Notes: generated by a model from the letters alone, not told the origin. Shown: positions 21,666 to 32,625, counted from the first letter of the stretch. The stretch: DNA of 64,000 nt from an uncultured Nitrososphaerota archaeon (GCA_963718895.1 CAVRAG010000008.1:256001-320000), one strand, 5' to 3'. Translations and numbers: made by a program.

Positions 21666-24509
21666 TTGTCCGGCACAACAGGTTTTGAGTTTCTCGCCGA
21701 GCCCGTGAGGTCCATCCTGGACGAGATGGGGATTCGCGAGCCGACGCCCCCGCAGGCGGAGGCCTCTCCGCTTGTCGCGAGAGGCGAGAACGTGCTCGTG
21801 ATAGCGCCGACTGGGTCGGGGAAGACCGAGGCTGCGATGCTCCCGCTTCTGAGCCGCCTGGTCAAGGAAGGACATGGAGACGGAATCTCGATAATCTACA
21901 TCACACCGCTCAGGGCCCTGAACAGGGACATGCTGAGGCGGCTCGAGACGTGGTGTTCTCGACTCTCGCTCACGGTCGAGGTGAGGCACGGCGACACGCC
22001 ACTCTCGCAGAGACAGAGGCAGTCCAGGTCGCCTCCGGACCTGCTGGTCACCACACCGGAGACGCTCCAGGCGATACTCCCGGGCGCCAGGATGCGGCGG
22101 AACCTCGCGACCGTCAAGGCGGTCGTGGTCGACGAGCTGCACAACCTGGTCGAGAGCAAGAGGGGCGTCCAGCTCACGGTCGGGCTGGAGAGGTTGAGGA
22201 AGGTCGCCGGAGACTTCCAGCTCGTCGCACTCTCCGCGACGGTCGGCAGCCCCGAGGAGACAGCAGGGTTCATCTTCGGCGAGGCCAGACACAGCATAGT
22301 CAGGGCGTTGGTCCCGAAGGAGTTCAGGTACAGGGTGGAGTACCCGACGCCTGACTCAAACGACAGCGAAATCTCGAGGGAGACCTTCAGCACCATAGAC
22401 CTCGCGGCGCGCCTCTCGCTCATAGACGAGCAGATCGAGTCGCACAAGTCTACCCTCATCTTCGTGAACAGCAGGACGCTGGCGGAGATGCTCGGCGAGA
22501 AGCTCAACAGGCTCAGGGGCGACGTCGGGGTCCACCACGGCTCCCTCCCTCGCGAAGAAAGAGAGAGGGTCGAGAACGCGTTCAAGCAGGGGCAGCTCAG
22601 GGCCCTGGTCTGCACGAGCACGCTCGAGCTCGGGATAGACATCGGCTCGGTCGACCTCGTCCTCCAGTACATGTCGCCGAGGCAGGTGACCTCGCTAATC
22701 CAGCGAGTGGGGAGGTCCGGACACGACCTGCGGCGGACCTCCGAAGGAGTCGTGATCACCGTCTCGGCCGACGACATACTCGAGTCGGCGGCCGCCATAG
22801 AGGAGGCCCGAAGCGGGAGGCTCGAGGAGATGCGGCCGTACCGCAACTCGCTCGACGTCCTGGCACACCAGATCGCCGGGTACCTCATGGACTACGACTC
22901 GATGGAGAGGTCGGACATCCTTGCCGAGGTGAGGAAGGCGCGGCCGTTCAGGGAACTCACCGAGGAGGCGTTCCTGCGGGTCGTCGAGTATCTGGGCCAG
23001 CTCCGAAAGCTCAGGGCTGACGGGACGAAGCTCTCCAGGACGAGGGGGACGCGGGAGTACTACTTCCAGAACCTCTCGACCATCCCGGATGAGACGCGGT
23101 ACTTCGTCGTCGACGTGGCGAACAACCAGACCGTCGGCATTCTCGGGATGGAGTTCGTGCTCCTGCAGGCGAAGGTGGGGCTCCACTTCATCCTGAAGGG
23201 CAGGATCTGGCAGATCGAGAAGATAGCGAACGACAGGAAGATCTACGTCACTTCCGTGGAGGACCCCCTCGCGGCCGTCCCGGGCTGGGACGGGGAGATG
23301 CTCCCCATACCCTGCGGGTTGGCCCAGAAGACAGGCCGCCTGAGGAAGAAGGTCGCGTCAGTGCTCGCGGACAATACTCCCGAGGTCGCTGCGGGACTCC
23401 TGGCATCACAAATCCCCGTGTCGCTGGACGGGACCCGGATGGTGGTCGATGAGATCCACGAGCACCTCCGTCTCGGCTCCCCGCTGCCCAGCGACGACCT
23501 GATCCTCCTGGAGGGGTGGCAGAAGTACCTGATAATCCACTCTTGCTTCGGGGAGAACGTCAACAGGACCCTCGCCTACACCTTCGAGGAGGTGCTTTCC
23601 CGCAAGGGACTGATCCGCCTCTGGTACCTCGACGGATACCGGATAATGATAGAGCTCACGGTCGACTCGTCGGAGGTGGACCTCAGAGGCCTCGGGGAGC
23701 AGCTCTTCGGGATGACCCCTGAGGAGTTCGAGAGGACCTACGCCGTCGCGGCCCAGCGGAACTTCCCATTCCCTGGAAGGGTGAAGGCGATCGCGGAGAG
23801 GTTCGGGGCCCTCAGGAGAGGGCAGTTCATCGCGCATCCGAACCTTTGCTCGCTCCCCACGAGGTTCGAGAACACGCCGGTCTTCGAGGAGGCGCTGCAG
23901 GAGACGGGGAGGGACCTCCTAGACATGAGGAGAGCCAAGGAACTCCTGGTCCAGGTCGCGGGCGGCGGGGTCAGGGTGGAGACCTTCCTCTCGGACGAGA
24001 AGCCCACGCCGATCGCATACCACATCCTTTACCGGTATCTGGACGTGCCCGAGCTGGTCGCGCCCGACTCGCTCGCCAAGACGACGATAGAGAAGATGAA
24101 GCTCAGCATCTACGGCACCTCGATCGATCTGGTCTGCATGAAGTGCGGCCTCGGCCAGGGATTCACAACGATAGGAGAGATGTCCGAGGAGCCACGATGC
24201 GCCTCATGCGGCTCGGGGTTGCTCTCGCCCGCCTTCTGGACGGCCAGTCAGGTGACCAAGTTGATGGTGAGGAAGCTCGCCCGCGACGCTCTGAGCGAAG
24301 ATGAGCGGTCGGAGCTGGCCAAGGCGAGGCGCGCTGCCGACCTGGTCCTCTCCTACGGCAGGAGGGCGATAGTCGCCCAGGCGGTCTACGGCATCGGTCC
24401 GCAGACGGCAGCCAGGATCCTCGCGAAGATGGACGAGGACGAGGAGACCTTCTACCGCGAGTTGCTCGAGGCCAAGCTGAAGTTCATAGAGACCAGGCCG
24501 TTCTGGTGA
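21666..24509 (+). CDS. lhr: Lhr-like DEAD/DEAH-box helicase
   Basis: APTGSGKT, VDELH, SATV, HHGSL, LELGIDIG, QRVGRSGH, C-terminal CxxC...CxxC zinc ribbon. Confidence 0.9.
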   Translation: MSGTTGFEFLAEPVRSILDEMGIREPTPPQAEASPLVARGENVLVIAPTGSGKTEAAMLPLLSRLVKEGHGDGISIIYITPLRALNRDMLRRLETWCSRLSLTVEVRHGDTPLSQRQRQSRSPPDLLVTTPETLQAILPGARMRRNLATVKAVVVDELHNLVESKRGVQLTVGLERLRKVAGDFQLVALSATVGSPEETAGFIFGEARHSIVRALVPKEFRYRVEYPTPDSNDSEISRETFSTIDLAARLSLIDEQIESHKSTLIFVNSRTLAEMLGEKLNRLRGDVGVHHGSLPREERERVENAFKQGQLRALVCTSTLELGIDIGSVDLVLQYMSPRQVTSLIQRVGRSGHDLRRTSEGVVITVSADDILESAAAIEEARSGRLEEMRPYRNSLDVLAHQIAGYLMDYDSMERSDILAEVRKARPFRELTEEAFLRVVEYLGQLRKLRADGTKLSRTRGTREYYFQNLSTIPDETRYFVVDVANNQTVGILGMEFVLLQAKVGLHFILKGRIWQIEKIANDRKIYVTSVEDPLAAVPGWDGEMLPIPCGLAQKTGRLRKKVASVLADNTPEVAAGLLASQIPVSLDGTRMVVDEIHEHLRLGSPLPSDDLILLEGWQKYLIIHSCFGENVNRTLAYTFEEVLSRKGLIRLWYLDGYRIMIELTVDSSEVDLRGLGEQLFGMTPEEFERTYAVAAQRNFPFPGRVKAIAERFGALRRGQFIAHPNLCSLPTRFENTPVFEEALQETGRDLLDMRRAKELLVQVAGGGVRVETFLSDEKPTPIAYHILYRYLDVPELVAPDSLAKTTIEKMKLSIYGTSIDLVCMKCGLGQGFTTIGEMSEEPRCASCGSGLLSPAFWTASQVTKLMVRKLARDALSEDERSELAKARRAADLVLSYGRRAIVAQAVYGIGPQTAARILAKMDEDEETFYRELLEAKLKFIETRPFW

Positions 24510-24514
24510 GCCGG

Positions 24515-25108
24515 TCACCCGGCCGTTCTGGAGCCCAGTGCCCGCAGGAAGAACTGTGTTATGAAGCGCTTGGACTTCTCGAGGTCCCTCGACTTTGCGA
24601 AGTGAAACTTCTGGAAGACGACGTTGTTGAGCATGCCGAGGAGGCAGTCCGCCGCGCTCTTCGCGTCGGTCTTGGCGAATTCGCCAGAGGCGACTCCCCG
24701 CCGCACGATCGACTCGGCTACGTCGTGGACCTCGTCGAGCTGCTCGCTTATCCGGGCGGCGACTGCGTGGTCGAGCTTCGCAGTCTCGATCAGGTAGAGA
24801 CCTGGCTCGAAAGCCTCCGTCGGGAAGGAAGAGAGGTAGACGTCGATGAAGGCCGCGGTGCTCCTCGTCGCACCCTTGGCGCTTGACTTGGTGCGCAGCC
24901 GAGCGATGAACTCGCGCATGCTCACCTTCTGGTTCACTGCCGCCTCGAAGAGGCGCTTCTTGTCCTTGAAGTAGTAGTAGATCATCGGGGGCGTCGTGCC
25001 GGCCTCCCTGCAGACGTCCCTTATCGAGACGTTCGCGTACCCCCTCTCGGCGAAGAGTCTCGTCGCGGCCTTCAGTATCACCGCGGAACCGTCCTTGGGC
25101 CTTTGCAC
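24515..25108 (-). CDS. TetR/AcrR-family regulator
   Basis: ILKAATRLFAERGYANVSIRDVCREAGTTPPMIYYYFKDK. Confidence 0.92.
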   Translation of the reverse strand: MQRPKDGSAVILKAATRLFAERGYANVSIRDVCREAGTTPPMIYYYFKDKKRLFEAAVNQKVSMREFIARLRTKSSAKGATRSTAAFIDVYLSSFPTEAFEPGLYLIETAKLDHAVAARISEQLDEVHDVAESIVRRGVASGEFAKTDAKSAADCLLGMLNNVVFQKFHFAKSRDLEKSKRFITQFFLRALGSRTAG

Positions 25109-25130
25109 ACCACCCCTTCGATATGTCTAG

Positions 25131-25140
25131 ACTAATTAGT
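25131..25140. promoter_or_regulatory. Candidate TetR operator
   Basis: Perfect palindrome ACTAATTAGT in the divergent gap upstream of the TetR gene. Confidence 0.35.
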
Positions 25141-25211
25141 TGCCGTTTTCCAGGATTATCTAACACTCGTTAAACTTTATCTACTGTCGAGGAGGCTCCG
25201 CGGGAACACAG

Positions 25212-25721
25212 ATGGTCTCGGACGCCAGAAGGATCGCCCTCGGGAGTATCTTCGGGGCGGCCATCGTCGCCTTCATCGGCTTCGTCCCCGCTCCGACATC
25301 CGATTTCCTCATAGGCTTCCAGGCGTTCCTCCTTGCAATCAGCTTCCTGGTCGTGGGCAGGGGCGGTGCGACCTACGTCGGCATCGTGAGCGGCCTTCTC
25401 ATCACCCTCGCCAAGGTCTCATTCTTCCCCCTCGACCTCATCTTCGCCGTGTCCTTCGGCGTGATGATCGACGCCCTCTCCCTGGTCTTCAAGGTCAAGT
25501 CGGGATCCGAGGCGAGGACCTGGAGGCTCGTCGCCGTCATGACGATAAGCACGACCCTCGTCGGGTATTTCGCCTACTACGTGACCGCGATCGTGACCGA
25601 CCTTGTCCCAAACGAGCTCATCTTCGATGTCACCGTGCTCGTCTTTGGCGTGGTCAGCGGCGCCGTGGCCGGCTACGCGGCCGCTCTGGTCTGGAACAAA
25701 TATCTGAAGTCCAGGTTCTAG
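25212..25721 (+). CDS. Membrane protein, ECF S-component-like
   Basis: 169 aa, 5-6 TM helices, GGATYVGIVSGL. Confidence 0.55.
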   Translation: MVSDARRIALGSIFGAAIVAFIGFVPAPTSDFLIGFQAFLLAISFLVVGRGGATYVGIVSGLLITLAKVSFFPLDLIFAVSFGVMIDALSLVFKVKSGSEARTWRLVAVMTISTTLVGYFAYYVTAIVTDLVPNELIFDVTVLVFGVVSGAVAGYAAALVWNKYLKSRF

Positions 25722-25780
25722 CCGTCGGTTCAGCCCGTCCATGCTCTTAAAAGGCCGCGTTCCCGCTCAGGCGCGAACTG

Positions 25781-26881
25781 ATGAAGATCAGGGAGCTGTT
25801 CCGACACTTCGAAGAATACGGATGGGAGACGCCCAGCCGGGAAATCGCGGCGAGGGTCGGCCTAGGGGTGGAGCAGATTGTGAGGCTCGACACGAACACC
25901 TCCCCCTTCAGACCCGAATCCGCGCTCGGCGACCTCGGCCGCGCCCTGGCCAGGATGGACGTCAACGAGTACCCTGACACGTCATACCTCGACCTACGTG
26001 AGGGTCTCTCTAGGTACACGGGGAAGGGTGTGGAGAGGTTTGTGGTAACGAACGGAGCGGATGAGGGGCTCGACATAATCACGAAGGTCTTCCTGGACCC
26101 CGGAGACGAGGTGATCGTTCCGACGCCGACATACGCCATGTACCGGATCGCGTCGAGCATCATGGGGGCGACGGTCGCGAGCGTCCCTCGAAGGAAGGAC
26201 TTTGGCCTGGACGTCGGGGCGATCCTCGAAGCCGTCAGCCCTAAGACCAAGGTCATCTTCCTCTGCAATCCGAACAACCCAACCGGCGACTCGGCTCCGA
26301 TCGAGGAGGTGGAGAGGCTCGTCAGGGAGTCGGGGGTCGCGGTCGCGATAGACGAAGCGTACTTCGAGTATTGCGGCGAGAGCGCCATCGATCTAACCGA
26401 CCGGTTCGAGAACGTGATAGTCTGCAGGACGCTCTCAAAGGCCTTCTCGATGGCTGGCGTCAGGATAGGCTATCTCGCGGCAAAGGCCGAGACCATCTCG
26501 AAGCTCAACGCCGTGAGACCTCCGAACAGCCTTTCAGTGATCTCGCTGTTCCTGGGGCAGTCGGCCCTGGCGCATCAGGACGAGATGCGGAGGAACGTCG
26601 AGTCGACGATACAGGAGAGGGGCAGGCTCATGGAGATGCTACGGAAGGTCCGCGGGATCGAGGCCTACCCCAGTCAGACAAACTTCGTCCTCTTCCGAAT
26701 CCAGGACGGCGATGCGAACGCCGTACACGGGAGACTCATGGGAAAGGGCCTCGTACTCAGGAACCTCAGCAGGACCAAGGGCGTCGAGAACTGCCTCAGG
26801 ACGACCGTCGGCACGCCTGACGTCAACGATAGACTCGTCGCGGAGCTCGAAGCCGCACTCGGGCAGAGACGGGAGCGCTAG
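25781..26881 (+). CDS. hisC: Histidinol-phosphate aminotransferase
   Basis: RLDTNTSP, NGADE, PNNPTG, IDEAY, RTLSKAFSMAGVRIG, SQTNF. Confidence 0.88.
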   Translation: MKIRELFRHFEEYGWETPSREIAARVGLGVEQIVRLDTNTSPFRPESALGDLGRALARMDVNEYPDTSYLDLREGLSRYTGKGVERFVVTNGADEGLDIITKVFLDPGDEVIVPTPTYAMYRIASSIMGATVASVPRRKDFGLDVGAILEAVSPKTKVIFLCNPNNPTGDSAPIEEVERLVRESGVAVAIDEAYFEYCGESAIDLTDRFENVIVCRTLSKAFSMAGVRIGYLAAKAETISKLNAVRPPNSLSVISLFLGQSALAHQDEMRRNVESTIQERGRLMEMLRKVRGIEAYPSQTNFVLFRIQDGDANAVHGRLMGKGLVLRNLSRTKGVENCLRTTVGTPDVNDRLVAELEAALGQRRER

Positions 26882-26926
26882 ACTTATCAGCAGTCGGCGG
26901 CAGCGGGCGAAACCAGGGTTCGGGTA

Positions 26927-27385
26927 TTGGAGAGAGGAGAGGTAGCGATTGTCGCGGGCCAGTTCGCAGCACTCGCGCTCGTGGTCATCCTCCTGGGGAA
27001 TTACGCGGGGGTGGGCGGACTCAGCGCCTCGTCGACCGGTATTGCCAGCGTCTACTGGGGTCCGGCCTCGGCCAACGCACCCCTCCAGAAGAACCTGCTC
27101 AACATCGAGCCGGCGAACGTCAGCATCATCTCGGTCTACTACACCCTCGCTCAGGGGACCAAGGTCGAGAGCGTGGGCGCCTCGAGACTCTGCGTGCTCG
27201 CAAACGGCACCGGACTGGAGCACGTCTACGCGAACCTCACGCTGAGCACGGATGCCGCGAAGAAGGCGTACTTCACCTTCGGATCCACCGCTCAGCCCTC
27301 GGGGTGGACCTGCGGTTACACCATCACTCTGACGGACAACCTTCAGCAGGTGACCATGTGGGTCACGTCCGTGAAGACCAAGTGA
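26927..27385 (+). CDS. Secreted, possibly pilin-like hypothetical protein
   Basis: MERG|EVAIVAG then a hydrophobic helix (class III signal-like), beta-rich body, N-glycosylation sequons. Confidence 0.45.
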   Translation: MERGEVAIVAGQFAALALVVILLGNYAGVGGLSASSTGIASVYWGPASANAPLQKNLLNIEPANVSIISVYYTLAQGTKVESVGASRLCVLANGTGLEHVYANLTLSTDAAKKAYFTFGSTAQPSGWTCGYTITLTDNLQQVTMWVTSVKTK

Positions 27386-27427
27386 GCGGTCGCACCGAGC
27401 CGAAGTCATAAATAACTGCGGGAGGCT

Positions 27428-27904
27428 TTGTGGAACATGGCAGACGCGAGCCTCCAGGACAGGTATGCGCCCAGGAGCGTCTGCTTTGGGTGCGGACCGG
27501 CCAACGAGGAAGGCCTCAGGATCAAGAGCAGGGTGGAGGGAGAGGAGGTCGTCTGCGACTGGAGGCCGGAACCTTGGCACCACGCCTTCGAGGGCATCCT
27601 CAACGGCGGGATAACGGGCACGGTTCTCGACTGCCACAGCAACTGGGCGGCGGTCCACGCGATGATGAAAAGGGACGGGACAGAGACACCGCCTCCGACC
27701 GTCACGGCTGAGTTCACGGTCAAGATGCTCCGGCCGACCCCGATGAATACGACTCTGCACCTGAGGGCGAAGGTCAAGGAGCTCAGGGGCAGGAGGGCGG
27801 TCGTCGAGGCCAGCCTCGAGGCCGAGGGCACCCTGAGGGCGACGTTCACGGGGACCTTCGTTGCCGTGAATGAGGGACACCCAGCATACTCCCGGTGGCG
27901 CTAG
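27428..27904 (+). CDS. PaaI-family hot-dog thioesterase
   Basis: CFGCGPANEEGL, LNGGITGTVLD, VTAEFTVKMLRPTP. Confidence 0.85.
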   Translation: MWNMADASLQDRYAPRSVCFGCGPANEEGLRIKSRVEGEEVVCDWRPEPWHHAFEGILNGGITGTVLDCHSNWAAVHAMMKRDGTETPPPTVTAEFTVKMLRPTPMNTTLHLRAKVKELRGRRAVVEASLEAEGTLRATFTGTFVAVNEGHPAYSRWR

Positions 27905-27990
27905 GCCGTCGCAATTGTCCGTCCTCGGACAAGGGAGGTTGCCGCCAGGAAGGAAACGTTTAGAACTCGGTCCCGCCGACTCGGCCGAGG

Positions 27991-28449
27991 ATGAAGGTAG
28001 GGCAGAAGCGGATATTCAACTCCGCGAGCGTAGATGAGGACAATTGTGCGTTCTGCAAGATCGCCAGAGGAGAGCTGCCATCCCACAAGGTCTACGAGGA
28101 CAACAAGTACATCGCGTTCCTAGACATCAATCCCTTCTCCCTAGGGCACACCCTGGTATGCCCCAAGGAGCACGGCGAGACCATCTGGGACATGAAGGAG
28201 TCCGAGATCGGAGGCCTCTTCCTGGTCGCGTCGAAGGTCTCGAGGGCGGTCGTCGAGGCGACCGGAGCCGAGGGATTCAGGATACTCCAGAACAACGGGG
28301 AGGCGGCCAACCAGGCAGTCGCCCACGTCCATGTGCACGTGATTCCCGTGATGATGGTGAACAAGGGGAAGCCGATGGACAGGATAAGGCTGGATGACCG
28401 CGAGATGCTAAAGACCGCCAACGCCATCAGGGCGGCGCTCTCGCTCTAG
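27991..28449 (+). CDS. HIT-family nucleotide hydrolase
   Basis: CAFCKI, GHTLVCPKEH, HVHVHVIP. Confidence 0.92.
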   Translation: MKVGQKRIFNSASVDEDNCAFCKIARGELPSHKVYEDNKYIAFLDINPFSLGHTLVCPKEHGETIWDMKESEIGGLFLVASKVSRAVVEATGAEGFRILQNNGEAANQAVAHVHVHVIPVMMVNKGKPMDRIRLDDREMLKTANAIRAALSL

Positions 28450-28486
28450 CGCATCCGCCAATCCTGGCGCCCGGGGCCGACCGCGC

Positions 28487-28789
28487 CTATACTTTCGAGG
28501 CCTTTTCCTGGATCTTGTCGATCTGCGCCTGCCTGACTTCCGTGAAGAGGTTGCACCAATCGCGACCGGAGACGACGAGCTCGAATTCCTCCAGCTTGGA
28601 GTGGACGCACATGCCTCTCTCGAAGAGATCTGCGTTGAGCGGGTCGTTCGGCTTGAACCAGACGCAGGCGAGGCAGTTCTCGTATTGCCAGGTGATCCGC
28701 TTGAGACTCCTTTGCGGTTCGGGTTCTTCGTTCGAGACCATGGATGAAGGGTGGGAGCCCTTCTTACTTAAGGGCCACTCTCCGGTCAT
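28487..28789 (-). CDS. Small four-Cys protein with HiPIP-like spacing
   Basis: NCLACVWF...GMC...RDWC. The start overlaps the MFS stop (ATGA). Confidence 0.5.
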   Translation of the reverse strand: MTGEWPLSKKGSHPSSMVSNEEPEPQRSLKRITWQYENCLACVWFKPNDPLNADLFERGMCVHSKLEEFELVVSGRDWCNLFTEVRQAQIDKIQEKASKV

Positions 28790-30228
28790 GCCTCCTCGAC
28801 CACGATCACTTCAGGAGGGCTCCGCCTGCCCCGCATGAGGGATGGTATGATCGCCACGAGAAGGAAGCCCGTCGAGAGCAGAAAGACCAGGTGGATCGAA
28901 TTCATGAAGCTGGCTATCGAAGAGGGGGTCCCCGATCCGCTCACCCCCAGGAATATCTTCACGAGGCTGTTCACCGGGGTGACCGTGGCCATGGCGAGAA
29001 AGGCGACCGCCAGACTGAGCGTAGAGCCAAGGTTCACGAAGGTGGTGCTGATCCCCGAGGCTATGCCCCTGGCCTCGGGGGGAACCGAGTTCATTATCGA
29101 CGCCCTGTTGGGCGAGGCGAATATGCCCATCCCGCTCCCGACGAATATCAGCGGGAACGCCAGCCCGAGGAAGGACGTCCGGGGGCCAATCTGGGTCAGC
29201 ATCACGAACCCCACCGACGAGACGAGCAGGCCTACCGACGAGAGGAGCCGGGCCCCGTACCGGTCTGAGAACCAGCCGCTGATGGGGCCGAAGAAGGCCA
29301 GCGAGGCCGAGGTTGGGATCAAGAACAGGCCTGCCGTGAAAGGGCTGAGCTGCATCGAGGGGCCCTGCAGGTAGAAGACGAGGACCAGCGTGACAGCTCC
29401 CCTTGCAAGCGAGTTCAGGACGATCGCCAGGTTTCCCGCGGCGAACGCCCTGATTCTAAACAGGGAAAAGGCGAGCATCGGCATCTGGACCTTCGTCTCC
29501 GTGATGAAGAACGCCACGAGTAGCACCACGCCGAGACCGAGCAGCAGGTATGTGGTGAGCGCGTCCAGCCCGGCTATGATGTTGAGCGTCATTCCAACGA
29601 GGATCGAAGAGAGTCCGCCGGCGAGGGTCAGGTTCCCGATGATGTCGATCTTTTGCCCACGGCGCGGCTGGCTGAGTTCGTGCAGCTTGTAGTGCGACCA
29701 TGCGGTCGCGAAGATCCCGATCGGGACGTTCACCCAGAAGATTGACCGCCAGCCGATTGTCTGGGTGAGGACCCCACCCAGGACGAGTCCGGTCACCGCC
29801 CCAGCGACGATGGACGTCTGGTTGATCCCCAGGGCCTTCCCGCGCTCGTTGGCCGGGAAGGCGTCCGTGAGGATGGCGGCGCTGTTGGAGAAGAGGAACG
29901 CAGAGCCTGTGGCCTGGACCATCCTGAAGAGGACGAGCTCGAGGCCGGACTGGGAGAGGCTGCATAGCGCGGATCCGATAGTGAAGATCGCAAACCCCAG
30001 GTTGTACAGCCTCACTCTCCCGAACATGTCCGAGAGCCTTCCGAAGTTGACGAGGACCGAAGCCGTGATGAGCTGGTATCCTAGGAGTGTCCAGACCAGA
30101 TCGAAGAGCGTTGTCTGCGGGAGGTCCTTGCCGATGGTGGGCAGCGCTATCAGGACTATGTTGGTGTCCAGAGACGCCATCAGGGTGCCGATGGTGGTGT
30201 TGGACAGCGCAACCCACTTGTATTGCAT
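28786..30228 (-). CDS. MFS DHA2-type efflux transporter
   Basis: GRLSDMFGR, ERGKALG, WRSIFWVNVPIG; about 14 TM helices. Confidence 0.9.
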   Translation of the reverse strand: MQYKWVALSNTTIGTLMASLDTNIVLIALPTIGKDLPQTTLFDLVWTLLGYQLITASVLVNFGRLSDMFGRVRLYNLGFAIFTIGSALCSLSQSGLELVLFRMVQATGSAFLFSNSAAILTDAFPANERGKALGINQTSIVAGAVTGLVLGGVLTQTIGWRSIFWVNVPIGIFATAWSHYKLHELSQPRRGQKIDIIGNLTLAGGLSSILVGMTLNIIAGLDALTTYLLLGLGVVLLVAFFITETKVQMPMLAFSLFRIRAFAAGNLAIVLNSLARGAVTLVLVFYLQGPSMQLSPFTAGLFLIPTSASLAFFGPISGWFSDRYGARLLSSVGLLVSSVGFVMLTQIGPRTSFLGLAFPLIFVGSGMGIFASPNRASIMNSVPPEARGIASGISTTFVNLGSTLSLAVAFLAMATVTPVNSLVKIFLGVSGSGTPSSIASFMNSIHLVFLLSTGFLLVAIIPSLMRGRRSPPEVIVVEEA

Positions 30229-30306
30229 CCAAGAGTGCGCATCAGGTCAGGATTTCTCCCTTTCGCACCATCGAGGGCCGGGAGGACTGGGCGGCTTCGT
30301 CCCGCG

Positions 30307-32002
30307 TCACATGGGCGTGACGGTTGGCGTCTCCTCGACCTTCTTCTGCGAGGCTTCGGCCGCCATCTTGCGAGCGAGCAGCTGCTGCTTCATCGAACCC
30401 TGGAACATCAGGCCGGCGAGCACGGCCGCGACTCCGATTATCACCCCGGCCGAGAAGAGCGGCGTTATCGAGGCCACGAAGGCCACCCTGAGCTGCGGGA
30501 CCAGGGGTGAGAGCGCAGGGTATGTGGTCAGGAGGCTCTGCAGCGCCTGTGGGGACGCGAGGAGCTGTCCGGCCAGGTTGGCGTTGCCGAGGTACTGGGT
30601 CGCCAGCTGCTGGTACTGGGCAGGGACCTGGGCGAGCACGCCAGATACCTTCGAGGCGAACGTGTTGACCTGGATGGTCCCCAGTATCGCCAGCCCTATG
30701 GTACCTCCGAGGTTCCCCATGAACTGGGGAAGCGAGGAGGCTATGCCTATCTGCTTCCTCGGCGCCGAGTTCTGGATGGCGAGGAAGGTGGGGGAGAAGG
30801 TCGTCCCCACCCCGAACCCTGTGAGAGCGACCGATTCCATGATCTGGACCGTCCCAACCGTCGCATCGAAGAACGTCAGCGTGTAAGCGCCGATGGTGGC
30901 GAGGACGAGTCCGACGACGGTTATGGTCCGGTAGGGCAGCCGAGTGACGAGCGTCCCGCCTACGACAGACCCGACTATCATCGGAAGGAGGAAGGCGTCC
31001 AGAATCTCGCTGGAGGTGTTGATCGAGAGCCCGAGTCCGGCCTGGACGAAGAGAGGGATGTAGGAGACGACGGCCAAGTAGCATGAGGCCTCTCATGAAC
31101 GAGACCCCCGAAGATGAGGCGATGTTCCTGACCTTGAAGAGGCTGAGCGGAAGGACCGGTTCAGGCGACCGCCTCTCTATCTCTATGAAGGCCACGAAGA
31201 GAGCGGCAGAGCCCCCGAAGAAGAGGGCCTCCTCCCAGGAGTACCATGGATAGGTCGAGCCGCCGTTGAGGAACCCGAGGTCGAGCAGCGCGATCCACCC
31301 GGCGAGCGCCGGGATGCCGAGCCAGTCAAGTTTGGGCTTGACCAGGCTCTTCGACTCCGAAAGGCCCGCCAGCAGGAGCACGATCGAAGCAATCCCCAGG
31401 GGGAGGTTGATGTAGAAGACCCAGCGCCAGCTTGTGATGTCGACGATGTAGGTGCCGACCGAGGGTCCGAGCACGGACGCGATGCCGAAGACGCTCGAGA
31501 AGATCCCGGTAATCCGCCCCCTCTGCTCAGGGGCGAAGGTGACTCCCGCGATGCTCAGGGCAATGGGGAAGAACGCCCCGCCGCCCAGCCCCTGTACCGC
31601 CCTCGAGAGTATCAGCTCGTCTATGTTCTGCGCGGCTCCGGAGGCGATGGAGCCGGCCATGAACACTATGAGGCCGAGTATGAAGAACCGTCTCCTCCCG
31701 TAGAGGTCGGAGAGCTTGCCGAAGATTGGCATGGCGACCGTCTGCGCCAGGATGTAGGCGCTGAAGACCCAAGCGTACAGGTTGAGGCCCCCGAGGTCCG
31801 AGATTATCGTCGGGCCCGCGGTCGCCACGATGGTCTGGTCGAGGGCGCCCAGAAGCAGCCCCGTCATGAGGCCCGCGATGATCAGGATGAAGTTTCTTCG
31901 TGGAATGGTCTGGGTCGGCGAGAGCGCCGAACCCGATGCCGACTGGCCCGGTGGCGCGCTACTGCCGCTTCCCTCGCTCATGGGTGACTGTGACTCGGTC
32001 AA
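30307..32002 (-). CDS. MDR/DHA2-type MFS transporter (frameshift near 31075)
   Basis: ALDQTIVATA, GKLSDLYGRR, WRWVFYINLP; continues in ORF 30307..31077. Confidence 0.88.
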
Positions 32003-32135
32003 TTGAATTCGCCGTAAGGTATTGGGCGCCCACTAATCCTTAATTATATAACCATAGTGATAACAATCCGTCCATTCAGCCTAGAAGCGGCGCGGCCCTT
32101 ACCGAGCGGCCCGCGCTCGTTCCGAAATTCAATGC

Positions 32136-32504
32136 TCAGCTCAGCTTCACGAATTGCTGTGATTCTGTCAGGGGTGTGACCACGACGGCCGTCCCGAAGG
32201 CTATTATCTCGTCCATGGTGTTACCGATCTCCGTCGAGTCGAACATCACACTGATGACGGCGTTCGCCCCTATCTTGCTCGCCTGGTCTGCGAGCCGGTC
32301 GAGAGCCTGCTGCCGCGCCTGCATGGCCATCTCCGTGTACTCGTTGATCTCGCCTCCTTTGAGCGTGCGAAGACCCGCCATGATGTTCCCGCCGATCCCC
32401 CGCGACCTGACGGTTATTCCGTACACCAGGCCCAGGACTCTGTCGACCTTGTATCCGGTCACGTAGTTGGCGGTCAAGAGAATTGGTTTGCTCGGTGCAG
32501 ACAT
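32136..32504 (-). CDS. ybjQ: YbjQ/UPF0145 family protein
   Basis: GLVYGITVRSR, GGEINEYT, GANAVI, AFGTAV. Confidence 0.88.
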   Translation of the reverse strand: MSAPSKPILLTANYVTGYKVDRVLGLVYGITVRSRGIGGNIMAGLRTLKGGEINEYTEMAMQARQQALDRLADQASKIGANAVISVMFDSTEIGNTMDEIIAFGTAVVVTPLTESQQFVKLS

Positions 32505-32571
32505 GGGAGAGGCTCGGGCCTGGCTGGGTAGAAAAGGCTTTGGAAAGTCCTCGGAGCTCCGCTAGGTTTGA

Positions 32572-32610
32572 GCAAAGAAAAACGAGAGGAAGGTGCCCCG
32601 GGAGGGCACC
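32572..32610 (-). terminator. Hairpin plus pyrimidine tract after GMC operon 1
   Basis: GGTGCCC-N5-GGGCACC (32592-32610) followed on the minus strand by TTCCTCTCGTTTTTCTTT. Confidence 0.55.
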
Positions 32611-32625
32611 CTTGTCATGCGCCGG

